A DNA stretch of 64,000 bases. Origin: Felis catus (lineage: Eukaryota). Under the pieces are notes generated by a model. The model did no database searches and had not been told where the DNA came from. It was given only the letters and a program-made list of their open reading frames with translations. The stretch is taken from NCBI RefSeq assembly GCF_018350175.1, contig NC_058369.1, positions 27,716,001-27,780,000 on the forward strand, given 5' to 3'. Below are positions 52,885-64,000 of this stretch, one piece after another. Position 1 is the first letter of the stretch; the number at the start of each line of letters is the position of its first letter. The position numbers and the translations under genes are program-made.

Positions 52885-54112
52885 ATGCAAGCACATTATA
52901 GTAATGTTCCATAAAACACAACAGTGGGTGAAGAGCAGGGATGCCCTCTGATTTGGGAAAGCTAATTCTATCCTCAATTTGTTGCAGAGGAAAAGCAGTA
53001 TTACAGATAAAACAAAACAGAATCCATCTTGTTACACTGCTGGCTCTTTCTCAGGCTGGTGCTTCTCTGTTATAAAGAGCTACTGTTAATTCTCGAGCTT
53101 CCAACTGCTGAGGTTGGTTTCTTGCTGCCCCCAAATGCCCATTTTAACTGCATGAATTTACACTGACCACATGAATTCCTAAAAGAAAACTCAAAGTATA
53201 TCATGTTCAATTTCAGAACTCCAGCAGTCAATTCAAAGTCATGCTTTTGGAGAGTGAACCACTGAAAATAATGGGCAAACCAGGCAACAGTTCACAAACG
53301 AATCTCTTTATGATTTTTAAAATGACACATGGAATGAACTGATAGTGAGTCACGCTAGCTGTTAGGGTGCATTTGCTATATGGGAACAGTGAAACTATGA
53401 CAACCAGAGCGCGGCATCCAATCGTAATGATCAAAACAACAGTTAACATTTATACAGCAATTACTTCCATTCACTCACTTAATTCTCCCAATAATCCTAC
53501 CAGGTACAATTACCATTCCCCTTTCACAAGGCCAGAGAGCAGCATGCTACGAGGCCCAGAGCTAGTAATTTGCAGACTAAAGTTAAGGCCAATCCCATCT
53601 GACTCCACAGTTCCTGCTCTTATTGCTGAACTGACTCTCCACCTTTTTTTTTTTTTAAGTGCAGGTGTATTAGGTTGCTAGGGTTGCCATAACAAAATAA
53701 CACATGAGATGGCTTAAATAATGGAAATTTATTTTCTGGCAGTTCTGGGGACTATAATTCCAGTATCAAGGTATGGACAGATTTGGTTTCTCTTGAGGCC
53801 CCTATCCTTGGGATGGTCCTCTCCCTGCATAAACACCTTCCTGGGGTCTCTGTGCGTGTCCTAATCTCCTCTTTTTACAAGGACACCAGTAGGATTGGAT
53901 TAGGACTCACTCTAAAAGTCTCATTTCAACTTAATGACCTACTTAAATGCCTGTCTCCAAATACAGTCATATTCTGACATACTGAGGGTTAGGGATTCGA
54001 TATGAATTTGGAGACACAATTTAACCCTTACAGCATATATAATAATTTTCCATAAAACACAACAGTGTATGAATGGCTGTAGTGTCTTCTGGCTTGTGAG
54101 GGATTAATTATA
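52885..54112 (+). repeat. Dispersed ~90-bp direct duplication (52885-52970 and 53657-53665/54033-54112)
   Basis: Identical 20-mer ttccataaaacacaacagtg at 52907-52926 and 54048-54067, with diverged but alignable flanks. Confidence 0.7.
53666..54032 (-). mobile_element. MaLR solo LTR (MLT1A/B-like)
   Basis: tgtattaggttgctagggttgccataacaaa...acaaggacaccagtaggattggattagg...gacacaatttaacccttaca. Confidence 0.85.
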
Positions 54113-54382
54113 TAAGGACTCATTTTGGATTTTCTATAATCAACAGGTTCTGAGAGGATGATGTTTAAAAATTATGTTTATCACAGGAGTGAAGAGCCCG
54201 CAGTTAATGTTCTCGGAATTTTTTCATAATAATGTCTTCTGATGACATCAGCTATGTATGGGAGTTGTCAGCATGAGGTATTTGAAAACGTGATCACAAA
54301 ACGAGAATTCTGCATTAAGATTCCAATGCTGTCACTGTTTTGCACAGAGCTCATTTCCATTGGTCTTTTACAAGTATTTTTA

Positions 54383-54594
54383 GGCACACCTGGGTGGTTG
54401 AGTAGGTTAAGCACCTGACTTTTAATTTTGGCTCAGGTCATAATCTCACCGTTTGTGAGATCGCGCCCCACGTCAGACTCTGCACTGACAAGCACAGAGC
54501 CCGCTTGGGATTCTCCCTCTTTCTCTGTCCCTCCCCTGAGTGCACAGACACTCTCCCTCTCTCTCAAAATAAATAAGCTTCTTTTTTTAAAAAA
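54383..54594 (+). mobile_element. CAN-SINE, older copy
   Basis: ggcacacctgggtggttgagtaggttaag head, CT-rich segment, aaaataaata tail. Confidence 0.9.
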
Positions 54595-54614
54595 GCGTTT
54601 GTAAGTATTTCACA

Positions 54615-55090
54615 TTTTAAGAGCAGTTTTAGGTTTATAACAAAGGTTGAAATACCCCACATGCCCTGTCCCCATACATGTGCAGCCTCCCCCATTACCA
54701 ACATCACTCACCAGCATAGGACATTTAGCACCAAGGATTAACCTACACAGACACATCATAATCATCCAGAGTCCATTGCTTACCTAGGATTTACCGTTGG
54801 TGTTGTACATTTCTGTGGATTTGAACAAATGTGTAATGCTGTATATCCATCATTACAATATTGATACACAGTATTTTCACTGCCCTAAAAATCTGTGCTC
54901 ATTCTGTTTATCTCCGCTACCCCTTCCTACCATGGGTCTTTTTATTGTTGCCATAGTTTTGCCTTTTCCACAGCGTTTGTGTAGCCTTTTCAGACTGGCC
55001 TCTTTCACTTGGTTGTAGGCATTTAAAGTTCCTCCATGTCTTTTCATGGCTTAGGATCTGAGTGATATTCCACTGTTTGGATGTACTCTC
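54615..55090 (-). mobile_element. L1MC/MD-like 3' end
   Basis: agagcagttttaggttta...cagcctcccccattaccaacatc...ggtgttgtacatttctgtggatttgaacaaatgt. Confidence 0.8.
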
Positions 55091-55394
55091 TCTTGCTTTT
55101 TGTTTTACCCTTAGAACTGAGTTGGGTAAGCTCCTTGACTCACAGCACTCTAACAGTCTAGAACTCTCCTAGATGGAACTTATATTTTCCGTTTAGATAT
55201 CCCCTTCCTGATATGCTATCTCAAGCTATATCTATAGCTTCTTCCCAAATACTTCCATGTATCTCATTATACATAAATGCTTTTGCAAAAATATAATGTA
55301 TTGATTTTTTTGGTATATGTTCAATTTACTTAAATGATATTTTATTATAAATCTTATTCTTATGTTTTCTTCCACCATTATATTATGAAAAACA

Positions 55395-55918
55395 CCTAGA
55401 GAGCTAGATGTAGCTCTCCATCATGTAGCTACTGAGCATTTGAAATGTGGGTGATGCAAATGAGGGACTGAATTCTTAATTTTAATTAAATTTTAATTAA
55501 GTTAAATTTAAAAATTGCTAATTTATTCAGTTACTGCAACACTTTTAAATATTTTTTGGAACACCTTGTGTATGCAAATCGATTTTTTAAACTGTACATT
55601 TTATGAAATCTAAACACAGAAATAAGGATAAAGTGTTTCCAATAAAAATTTAGCATCTGCATTAGATACACTGTGTCAAGTACACACCAAAGTTTGAAGA
55701 CTTCATCCACAAAAGGAATGAAAAATATCTCAATAATTTGTTTAATAGTATGTTGAAATGATAATACTTTGGATATACTGGATTGAATAAAATAGAGTAT
55801 TAAAAGTAATTTCACCAACTTCTATTTATTTCTATTCACTTTTTTACTGTGGTTACAAACAAATTTAAGATAACACATGTGGCTCACATAAAGTTTCTAC
55901 TGGATAGTGCTGCTCTAG
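55395..55918. mobile_element. Charlie1/MER33-like hAT element
   Basis: catgtagctactgagcatttgaaatgtgg...atgttgaaatgataatactttggatatactgg...ctggatagtgctgctctag. Confidence 0.75.
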
Positions 55919-55919
55919 G

Positions 55920-56520
55920 TTTTAATTCCCCTGACTACTACAGGGTATTTTATCATAAGCATACACCCAACTTTTACTTCTCTATTCTCCTATCAACAGG
56001 CAGACTGGTTGTTTCTAATCTTCTGCCATACCAAACCACCTCAAAATTCCTGTCTTCATGTATCTTCACTGATACTTACTACTGACTTTCTAATTTTTTT
56101 AAACCAACTTGATAGGGATAATGTCTCTCATTGTAATAGTAATGTCTCTGAATACTAATAAGACTGAACGTCTCTTTCTAACACATATTTGCCATTCAAA
56201 TTTCCCCTTCTGTAAAATGCCCATTTATTCCTTTGCCCATTTAAACTTCTGTTCACAATAAGCAGAAATAAAAAGAATCTATCCATAGTGTAACTATTTG
56301 GTCACCTATTGTAAATATTTTCATTGTTTTCTCTTGGCTTGTCCTCTGTTAATTTTTCTAAGGGCTTTCTTCGTTGGACACAAATCTTTAATTATGATTT
56401 GAATTTCTCATGTTTCACCTTGACTATTTTAAGAAATTCTACCCCCGTGTGAAATTGTAAAGAAGTTTCATAAATTTTCTCCTCACAGTTTCAAAGTTTC
56501 ACCATTCATATTTGGATCTC
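55920..56520 (-). mobile_element. Degraded L1ME-like fragment
   Basis: atttgccattc...ttctgtaaaatgcccatttattcctttgcccattt motif. Confidence 0.55.
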
Positions 56521-57497
56521 GTGTCCACCATGGATTTCTACAGCACACAGAGCAGATGACTTTTAACCTTTCTGGCTGGTGTCAGGTGCCTGCCCTTCAA
56601 GAAGGGATCAAAGCTCTGGATTTTTCCACTAGAAGAAAACACTTGCCTGTAACACTGTGCACCGAATTCCAGAGAGTTCTCAGACCTCCTACCCCAAGCC
56701 CTTTCACATAACCTCCTGCACTCAATAAAATCAGGTGAAGGATCTCTAAGTCGTACTGATTCTACCACCTATTTTAATATCTCACTGTACTTTCTATGGT
56801 TTTGTGCACTCTCTGTGTTCTGGGTTATCTAATATTATCAACCAATCTACAGGCTCCTTGCGGACAGAGACCTAGATTCAAGTGTCTCCTAAATTTCTCA
56901 TAGTCCCTGAAAATAAGGAGTGCTCAATAAATAAGCCCTTTAGCAAGTGATACCTCAGAAAACTGTACTTACTGACCCAACAATTATCTAAAGAGGCCAC
57001 ATGCTTACTTCACCTGCTCGACCAGCATTTACAGAGCTTGTCCATTGTTCCAGGCACTCGCTAGATGCTAGAAAACCAACAAGGAAAAATAATCACTTGT
57101 GCCCTCAGAGTGTTCCTACCTAGACTATGGGGAAGACAGAGGACAAGCAGCTCTAAGGCAGGGCATAAATGCTGGACCAAAGGAAAGAGAGGGAGTTTTG
57201 GTGCTGCATAGGAAGGGAGCACCTCATGGGGCTTCTGAGTGTAAGTACAGGTGGGTTTCTCAGGGGGAGCTGCATTTGGGCCGAGACCCATAAGATGAGT
57301 GGAAGGTAGGCAGCTTACCTAAGAGTAGTAGGAAGGAAAAGATGGGCTTCTGGAAACCATCCTGTGATTAATACAGTGAACTGGCTAGATCATTCCTGAT
57401 GTACCTCTGGGACTCAGAAAGTAAGTGAGACACTCAGCGAGACAGCCGGGAAGACTGATCTTACCCACACAGGTCAGATCACATCAATGCCCAATTA

Positions 57498-57690
57498 CAG
57501 GATAGCCAGATAAAATACACCACATCCAGTTAACTCTGACTCTCATAAACAACAAAGAATTTTTTTTACTATAAGTATGCCCTGTGCAATATTTGAGCCA
57601 CACTTGTATAAACAAGGCATGTGCTGTTTATCAGAAAGTCAAACTTAAGTGGGCATCCTGTGTTTTTATTTGCTAAATCTGCCAGTCCAA
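57498..57690. mobile_element. MER53-like palindromic hAT MITE
   Basis: gccagataaaatac...tataagtatgccctgtgcaatattt...tttttatttgctaaatctg; imperfect terminal inverted repeats. Confidence 0.75.
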
Positions 57691-58022
57691 TGCATTTAAA
57701 ATTGCACTGAAAATACAATCCTCATGTGATCTGCCTTTCTCAATGTTTCCCACCTGAACTCAGTCCATGCTCTGCCTTACGCACCATGCTTCAGGCACAT
57801 GGTATACTTCTGGAAACATGAGAGCTTGCCCAGTTGCTTCCCACCTTGGGCACCTTGGTTGTGGTGTCTTCCCCATTTGGTATGCTTTTCCCCTTTGCTC
57901 TCAGCACGGCTGGTTCCTTTCCAACTTTCACCTTTTAGTTCTATCACCTGTCTCTAAGCAATGGCATCTCCACAAAATCTAAAGTAGGCTATCGCAATAA
58001 TTTCCTTTATACACATAGCGCG

Positions 58023-58038
58023 CACACACACACACACA

Positions 58039-58075
<37 letters not shown>
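58023..58075. repeat. (CA)n microsatellite with one interruption
   Basis: Direct reading. Confidence 0.97.
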
Positions 58076-58076
<1 letters not shown>

Positions 58077-59761
58077 AGTCCACAGTTATTTTATTTTTTT
58101 ACTTGTTCAACTGTCTGTGTCACCATAATGCCAGGGGTTTCTTCTGCCTTTGTATCCCAAGCATCTAGCAATCTGCTTGTTACATACAAGGTACCCAACA
58201 AATACTCATCAAATAAAAAAAATACTTAGGTTAGCATTCTCCCTGGTGCTTCCAAATCATGTGTTTTGCCTGTACATGTTACCACTCATTAGCATGTGTG
58301 CTGGTCACAGAGAAAGCTCTACGTGTGTTCAAGGAAAGGTGAACAAATGAAAGAATTGTCAAGACTCTATCACCATTAATGCCATAGGAAAAAAATCCCT
58401 AAAGAGTTCAAGAAATCAGGTCTAAGATTTGATGACACGTCCACTTTTTGTTTTCTTTCCTACCTATCACACCTGAGACATACCGATGCTACTTGGGCTG
58501 TGCCTCCTCTACCTTCTTCTTCTTCATCTCTTACTACTTTATCTCCATTACTTCCCCTCCTTCAAACAGTCCTTTCCTGATATGACCTTATATGATACAT
58601 GATGCTTACAGGGCAAAACAAAAAACAACAACAACAACAAAAAAAAACCAAAACACAAAACACCCAAATATTAAATATAGAAGAAAGGATTTCTTTTAAA
58701 AAAGATACATACATGCACACATATATAAAATTAAATATTCCCTTTCAACACAATTGTTATTATAAATATATCTACAGCTGTAATTCAATTAGGCATTGTA
58801 TACATGTGAATCAGAAACCATGTACACTGTATTCTTCAAAGGGCTAATTCTGAGGAAAAAATGACCACCCACACACATTTATTAAGAGAAAAACAAATGT
58901 AATGATTTTGTTCAGTCACTGAAAATTTTTATAAATATGAGCTATTACACATAGTAAAATCAGTTTAACTTGATAATAACTCTGCATATGAGTTCTTTGG
59001 CTTTTTAATCATAAAATTTACAAAACTTTTGGATCAGATTCAAATTTCTTTTTAGAACGAAATGACAAGTTTGCCAACAATTATTGGAAAGAAATAGGAA
59101 CAGCAAAAGAAAGAAGAAAGTCTATGCAGTGTGAAATCACATTAAGTCACAGAGTTAGAGCAAATTCTAACACAGAACCTGGAAAATACTTTATATGTGT
59201 GGGAGAGAAACGGAAGCACCAAGGTCAGATCTGAAAAAAAAAAAAAATACTAGGTTTCTTCTGACATATAGACGGCAAAACAAATGTAAATGCATCCTCT
59301 GATCCTGTCACCAACGGAGCGATGCTTCTCTGATATATGCACCCCCCACCCAGCGAATGCTTCTCAATAAGCATCATGGCTTTTAAATTATTGGGAAATC
59401 TGTCATAATGATGGAATAAGGAAGCCCATTGGTACCTTGACAGCTGTACATTATTTTCACTAAAGACAATAGTGAGCCACAGACATCAAGGCTTCTGCCT
59501 GATCTGTTTATTCACAATATCAAAAACAGCATATTATGTGCACCCTAGGTGTCTGGTGCTTGCTGAGAACAGAACAAGCGGTACCTCATTTTCTTTGTTG
59601 TTGTGATGGCACTGGCTCTACTTATTTGTGCCTTCAGATCTCTCTACACACCATGTCTTTATGTGAACACTTTCAAATCCCATCCTTTGCCTACCCACGA
59701 TCATGACGTTTCATCACCTGTCACTGGCGAGAAATGCATTTTGTAAAGAAATTAAGAAACT

Positions 59762-59957
59762 GGGGCACCTGCGTGGTTCAGTAAGTTAAGCATCTGACTC
59801 GGTTTTGGCTCAGACTGTGATCTCACGGCTCCTGAGATCAAGCCCTGCGTTGGGCTCTGCGCTGACAGCACAGAGCCGACTTGAGATTCTCTCTCTCTGA
59901 CCTTCCCCCACTTGTACTATCTCTGTCTCTCTCAAGAGAAATAAATAATTTAAAAAA
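59762..59957 (+). mobile_element. CAN-SINE
   Basis: ggggcacctgcgtggttcagtaagttaag head; TSD ttaagaaac. Confidence 0.92.
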
Positions 59958-62459
59958 ATTTAAGAAACCAATGAAATGAAAATGGATGCCTTTGCCGCCT
60001 GTTCCAAATTCCCACTGAAAGTATCACATGCGTGTGTGTGCGCGCACATTTTTCCTTGACCAGAGAGGACAGTTGTCCAACACCAGGAGGGAATAAAAAA
60101 TATCCTGTCACAATATGATTCTCTATACAAGTAAACGGAATTGACGACTCCCATTCCAGAGTACAGCCTTCTATCTTTGTGCCACACCTGCAACACTTTT
60201 CTCACAAGAGGAAGAGGTACCCTTGACTATTCAGTGACTTTCTCTCCTCTTGACATTAAGATGCTCCAACGTGCTGTCGGGGCTTTCCAGAAGAGACTGC
60301 ATTGTCAGCTCCAGCTTGCAGCACAGGGAAGTGACATCTCGAGTGGGCCTCTCCTTGTCAATTTCCCCCATACTTTGGCACACACAAAAACGCCTGTCAA
60401 ACAGTATCCGACATACACAGCTTCAAGAAGAAGAAAAAAATATCCACTTTACTATGAAAGACTCTAACTAGAAAAGGCAAAGAGTTGCCAGCTGACAAAT
60501 TCACAGTGATAGGCTTTCTTCTTCTTTCTAATTTTCACATTTATTCCTGAGGTTCCTGGTCAATTTCTGTGTCATAAAGGTGGTCTGTACAGAGCTTAAG
60601 CACTTTAGCATTTTACCAAGAAAAATTATACCACAAACTAGAAGGAAGATGAGAAAAAACCAACATTGTCTGGGCAATGGCTATAAAGGAAACACTGCAA
60701 ATATTTACTAAGAGTTATTTGATGTTGTTTAATGTTGGGGACAAGCAGGTTAAAGAAACAGGCTTATCGTTATCTTACAGGGAAGCAAAGGGAAGCAAAC
60801 TTTAGCTCAGAGAGGTTAAACGACTTGCCCAAAGCCACACAGCTAGCAATTTGTGGAAGAGGAAGTAGAACTTGGATCTGATTCCAAAGTTTACCCTCAT
60901 CCCCACACACCATCAACCCTCTCTAGGCAGCTCTGAAGATGCTAAACAGGGCTCCTGAGGACTCAGTAAGTGTTCAAGCCAGCTGGCCAACATGGATATG
61001 GTGGATAATGTTCAGATACTTAATAAGAAACACCAGCTGTCAGGTGTGGAAAGAGCTGCTCCAGGCACAACCAAATCACATGCGTGTCCTCAAAAAACAA
61101 CTTGCGACCAACCGCCTTCTTTAGGAATCTGAGAACACATCTCTGGAAGTGCCAAGGGCATTATGCAATTTCCACATGCAGGGTTTCCTGAGGCAGTGTG
61201 GGGTGGAAGGCCAGCACCTAACATTTCTGCTTTGTGTCTTTGAAGTTCATCTTGGCTGTAAGGCTTCTGAGACACATAGAGAGAATGGATTCTCCAGGGG
61301 ACTTCACCCAGAAATGTTGGAGTTGATTAGAAAGCCCAGGTTGCTTCTGGTTCTGTTACTTTTTATTTATTTGGAACTAAGAGATTTTCTGTCTGAAAGT
61401 ACCATTTAATATACTGGGGATGGGGGAGGAGAGGAAGATACAGTGCTCATTTTTTTTTTTTTTTTGCGATTCTTATCACCCCATCCCAATTCTATTATTT
61501 GCAAGAAGTTCTTTAACAGAAACTCTTCTGCACTCCTTACCCTCCTGCAAGTTTAGATGTGCCTAAACAACTAGTAGTTAGACTCCAAGAATATGCTTCT
61601 GGTTCAAGTGCATTAACAGAGGAGGGCATGTGTTTCATGCTGTTCTTCCAGCCATCACCCTTGCCAGCTGCCAACATGATGCCATGGCAGTCTCGGTGTC
61701 ATGCAGATTGTACACCCTGATACCAGGAAGGCAGAAGCGTTTCTCCGAGAGTCTCTGGTAGTTTGGCAGGAAAATAGAAATTGCTTTTTATCAAAATGCA
61801 AAACTTTTTTTTCCAGGGGAAACAGCAAAAGCAGTTTGAGAGAGAGGTAGACACTTTTTATTGTGGAAAATGTGTTTTCAGCATGGTAGACAGAGAGGCA
61901 TGCTTTCCTTTCTCTCCTGAGATCAACCAGATCCATGAGGCCAGCCACCCCAGTTCATGCAACAGACACACGAGTGCTGAGTCCTAAAGGCCACTCTTCC
62001 TGCTCTGAAGATCTTGCCATTCCTGCCTGACAATTCTCAAATCTATGTCTGGGACACACAAGCATCTTATTTTTTTTTTCTTTCCTACATTATCAAAAAC
62101 AAGCCAAACAACCTCCCCAAATGTATTTCTTCATTTTTTTTTACATGTGGAGGCATTTCTGGGAGTGGAGGAATGGGGAACAATGTGGAATTAACTTTCT
62201 GAACACCTACTATGTGCCAGGCCAAGGATAGCCTATACATTATTCTATATAAACCTCACAACAAACCTTTAACAGTTACCAGTATATGGTTTAGGGGAGT
62301 TAACTAAAAATACCAGAAGATGTACTTCTATTAAGTGGAATGCTACAGGATCTGGAATATGATCCCTGCCTCTTATTTTCCTTCTGAGCCTTTCTTTGTG
62401 ACCAAGTGCCATTGTCATACCTCCCTTGTCCAAGAAAGCCTAGTGTAAAATTTTATTAC

Positions 62460-62945
62460 TTGAATAAACAAAATGTGATATAGATAGATAGATACATGCA
62501 TGGATACATAGATATAGATACAGAAATAGATATGTAATGGAATATTATTCAGCTTTAAAAATGAATCAAATTCTGATACATGCTACAAGATGGAAACTTG
62601 AAAACATTATGCTAAGTCAAGTAAGCCAGACACAAAAAGACAAATATTGTGTCTATCCTACAATGTCTGAATAAATGTCTATCCCATTTATAATGGGATA
62701 CCTAGAATAAATTCATAGGCACAGGAAGTATCAAGAAGTTACTGGTGGCTAAGAGGAAGAGGGAACAGGGAATTACTGTTTAATGGGTACACAATTTCAG
62801 TTTGGGATGATGAAAAAGTTCTGGAAATGGAGAGCGGTGATGATTGTACAATAGTGTGAATATACTCAGTGCCATTGAATGGTACACTTAAAAATGATTA
62901 AGATGGCAAATTCTATGTTATGTGTATGTTACTACCATATAAATA
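62460..62945 (+). mobile_element. Old L1 3' end (L1MB-like)
   Basis: aatggaatattattcagc...aaacattatgctaagt...gatgatgaaaaagttctggaaatgga...tacacttaaaaatg motifs. Confidence 0.85.
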
Positions 62946-63021
62946 ATATTTCCCACTACTCCCTTTTATAGAAACTACATCTGCCCTGATGCCAAAACTC
63001 TGTCTTAAAACTGCTTGTTGT

Positions 63022-63413
63022 AAATTGTGGTTTATATACACAATGGAGTACTACATGGCAACGAGAAAGAATGAAATATGGCCCTTTGTAGCAACATGGA
63101 TGGAAGTGGAGAGTGTGATGCTAAGTGAAATAAGCCATACAGAGAAAGACAGATACCATATGGTTTCACTCTTATGTGGATCCTGAGAAACTTAACAGAA
63201 ACCCATGGGGGAGGGGAAGAAAAAAAAAAAGAGGTTAGAGTGGAAGAGACCCAAAGCATAAGAGACTCTTAAAAAATGAGAACAATCTGAGGGTTGATGG
63301 GAGGTGGGAGGGAGGGGAGAGTGGGTGATGGGTATTGAGGAGGGCACCTTTTGGGATGAGCATTGGGTGTTGTATGGAAACCAATTTGACAATAAACTTC
63401 ATACATTGAAAAA
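63022..63413 (+). mobile_element. 5'-truncated feline/carnivore LINE-1 (ORF2 C-terminus, 3'UTR and polyA)
   Basis: Encodes KLWFIYTMEYYMATRKNEIWPFVATWMEVESVMLSEISHTEKDRYHMVSLLCGS*, the L1 ORF2 C-terminus; G-rich 3'UTR; AATAAA; perfect TSD aaaactgcttgttgt (63007-63021 / 63414-63428). Confidence 0.95.
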
Positions 63414-64000
63414 AAAACTGCTTGTTGTTAGTGGTAAAGAGACATAAAACATTATCAACTCCAGGCATATCACCTCTAATCCACTGATAGTAGCTGCTAA
63501 AAATATTGTCTTAAGGGTTCCGAAGATGTTTCCAGGTCCAAGTGAGATAAAAGGCATGATGGATTGGTAAGGCCCTCTCACAAAGTTCAGATAAAATACA
63601 ACAAAATATTCTAATTGCTCTGGATTGGAAAAGTGAATTGGGAAACACAATCCAAGTGGCAAGAGCTTAGGTGGATAGAATATGGTACAGAGAGACCATG
63701 ACAGCCAAGGGCAAGCTGACCTCCTGACTGCCTAGGAACTGAGTAAGCAAGGGAAGCTAGGTAGCTCGAAAGTAGGAAACAAGAGAGATATTCTATGATC
63801 ATGAAGTTCATGGGTGTGGGCTGTTAGGAGCTTCCTTAGTTCTAGTTGCTTTCTCCTGCCAGTGCAAGACTCCATGCAGCCTTGCTATAAATCTCCCCTC
63901 CCTTCATAAAACTTTAGTATCTATTTCTTAGATCTAAAATAGTCTAACTTCAACAGGGCCTCAGAAGGTAGGGTGGTCATATAATGCAACCTCCACAGAG

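Larger units (their letters stand above)
15581..64000 (-). other. FHIT: FHIT intron 5, 3' portion (extends beyond the window)
   Basis: Lies upstream of exon 6 on the transcribed strand. I found no MSFRFGQHLIK-encoding exon 5 in the window, consistent with the very large intron 5 known in mammals. Confidence 0.9.

Noticed and set aside
4629..59957. tRNA-like heads and recurring SINE-derived ORFs (MAQSVK/WVAQSV...)
   Set aside because: These are tRNA-derived CAN-SINE heads, not tRNA genes or a protein family.
1..64000. CRISPR arrays, prokaryotic operons, intact transposase or retroviral genes, processed pseudogenes
   Set aside because: None seen. The sequence is mammalian intron with only decayed repeats, although a highly degraded pseudogene or small ncRNA could be missed by eye.

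Overview
AT-rich mammalian genomic DNA from a felid, judged by feline-type CAN-SINEs (SINEC_Fc) and a feline-type L1 3' end. The window lies inside the FHIT (fragile histidine triad) gene, transcribed on the minus strand. It holds two short coding exons that the ORF track misses: 15435-15580 (146 nt, [48 protein letters not shown]; human exon 6 equivalent) and 13119-13148 (30 nt, DGPEAGQTVK; exon 7 equivalent). The rest is intron: the 3' end of the very long intron 5, intron 6 and the start of intron 7. The introns contain 14 CAN-SINEs, L1/L2/L3/MIR fragments, MaLR LTRs, hAT and Tigger DNA-transposon fossils, and microsatellites. Almost all listed ORFs are spurious. I see no new protein-coding system. 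The most interesting signals are (i) a minor-spliceosome (U12)-type acceptor, CCTTAAC with no pyrimidine tract, ending the giant intron 5; (ii) an old ~90-bp duplication with a perfectly kept 20-nt core; and (iii) unusual SINE structures. Repeat family names come from recalled consensus sequences, and boundaries of old repeats are approximate.
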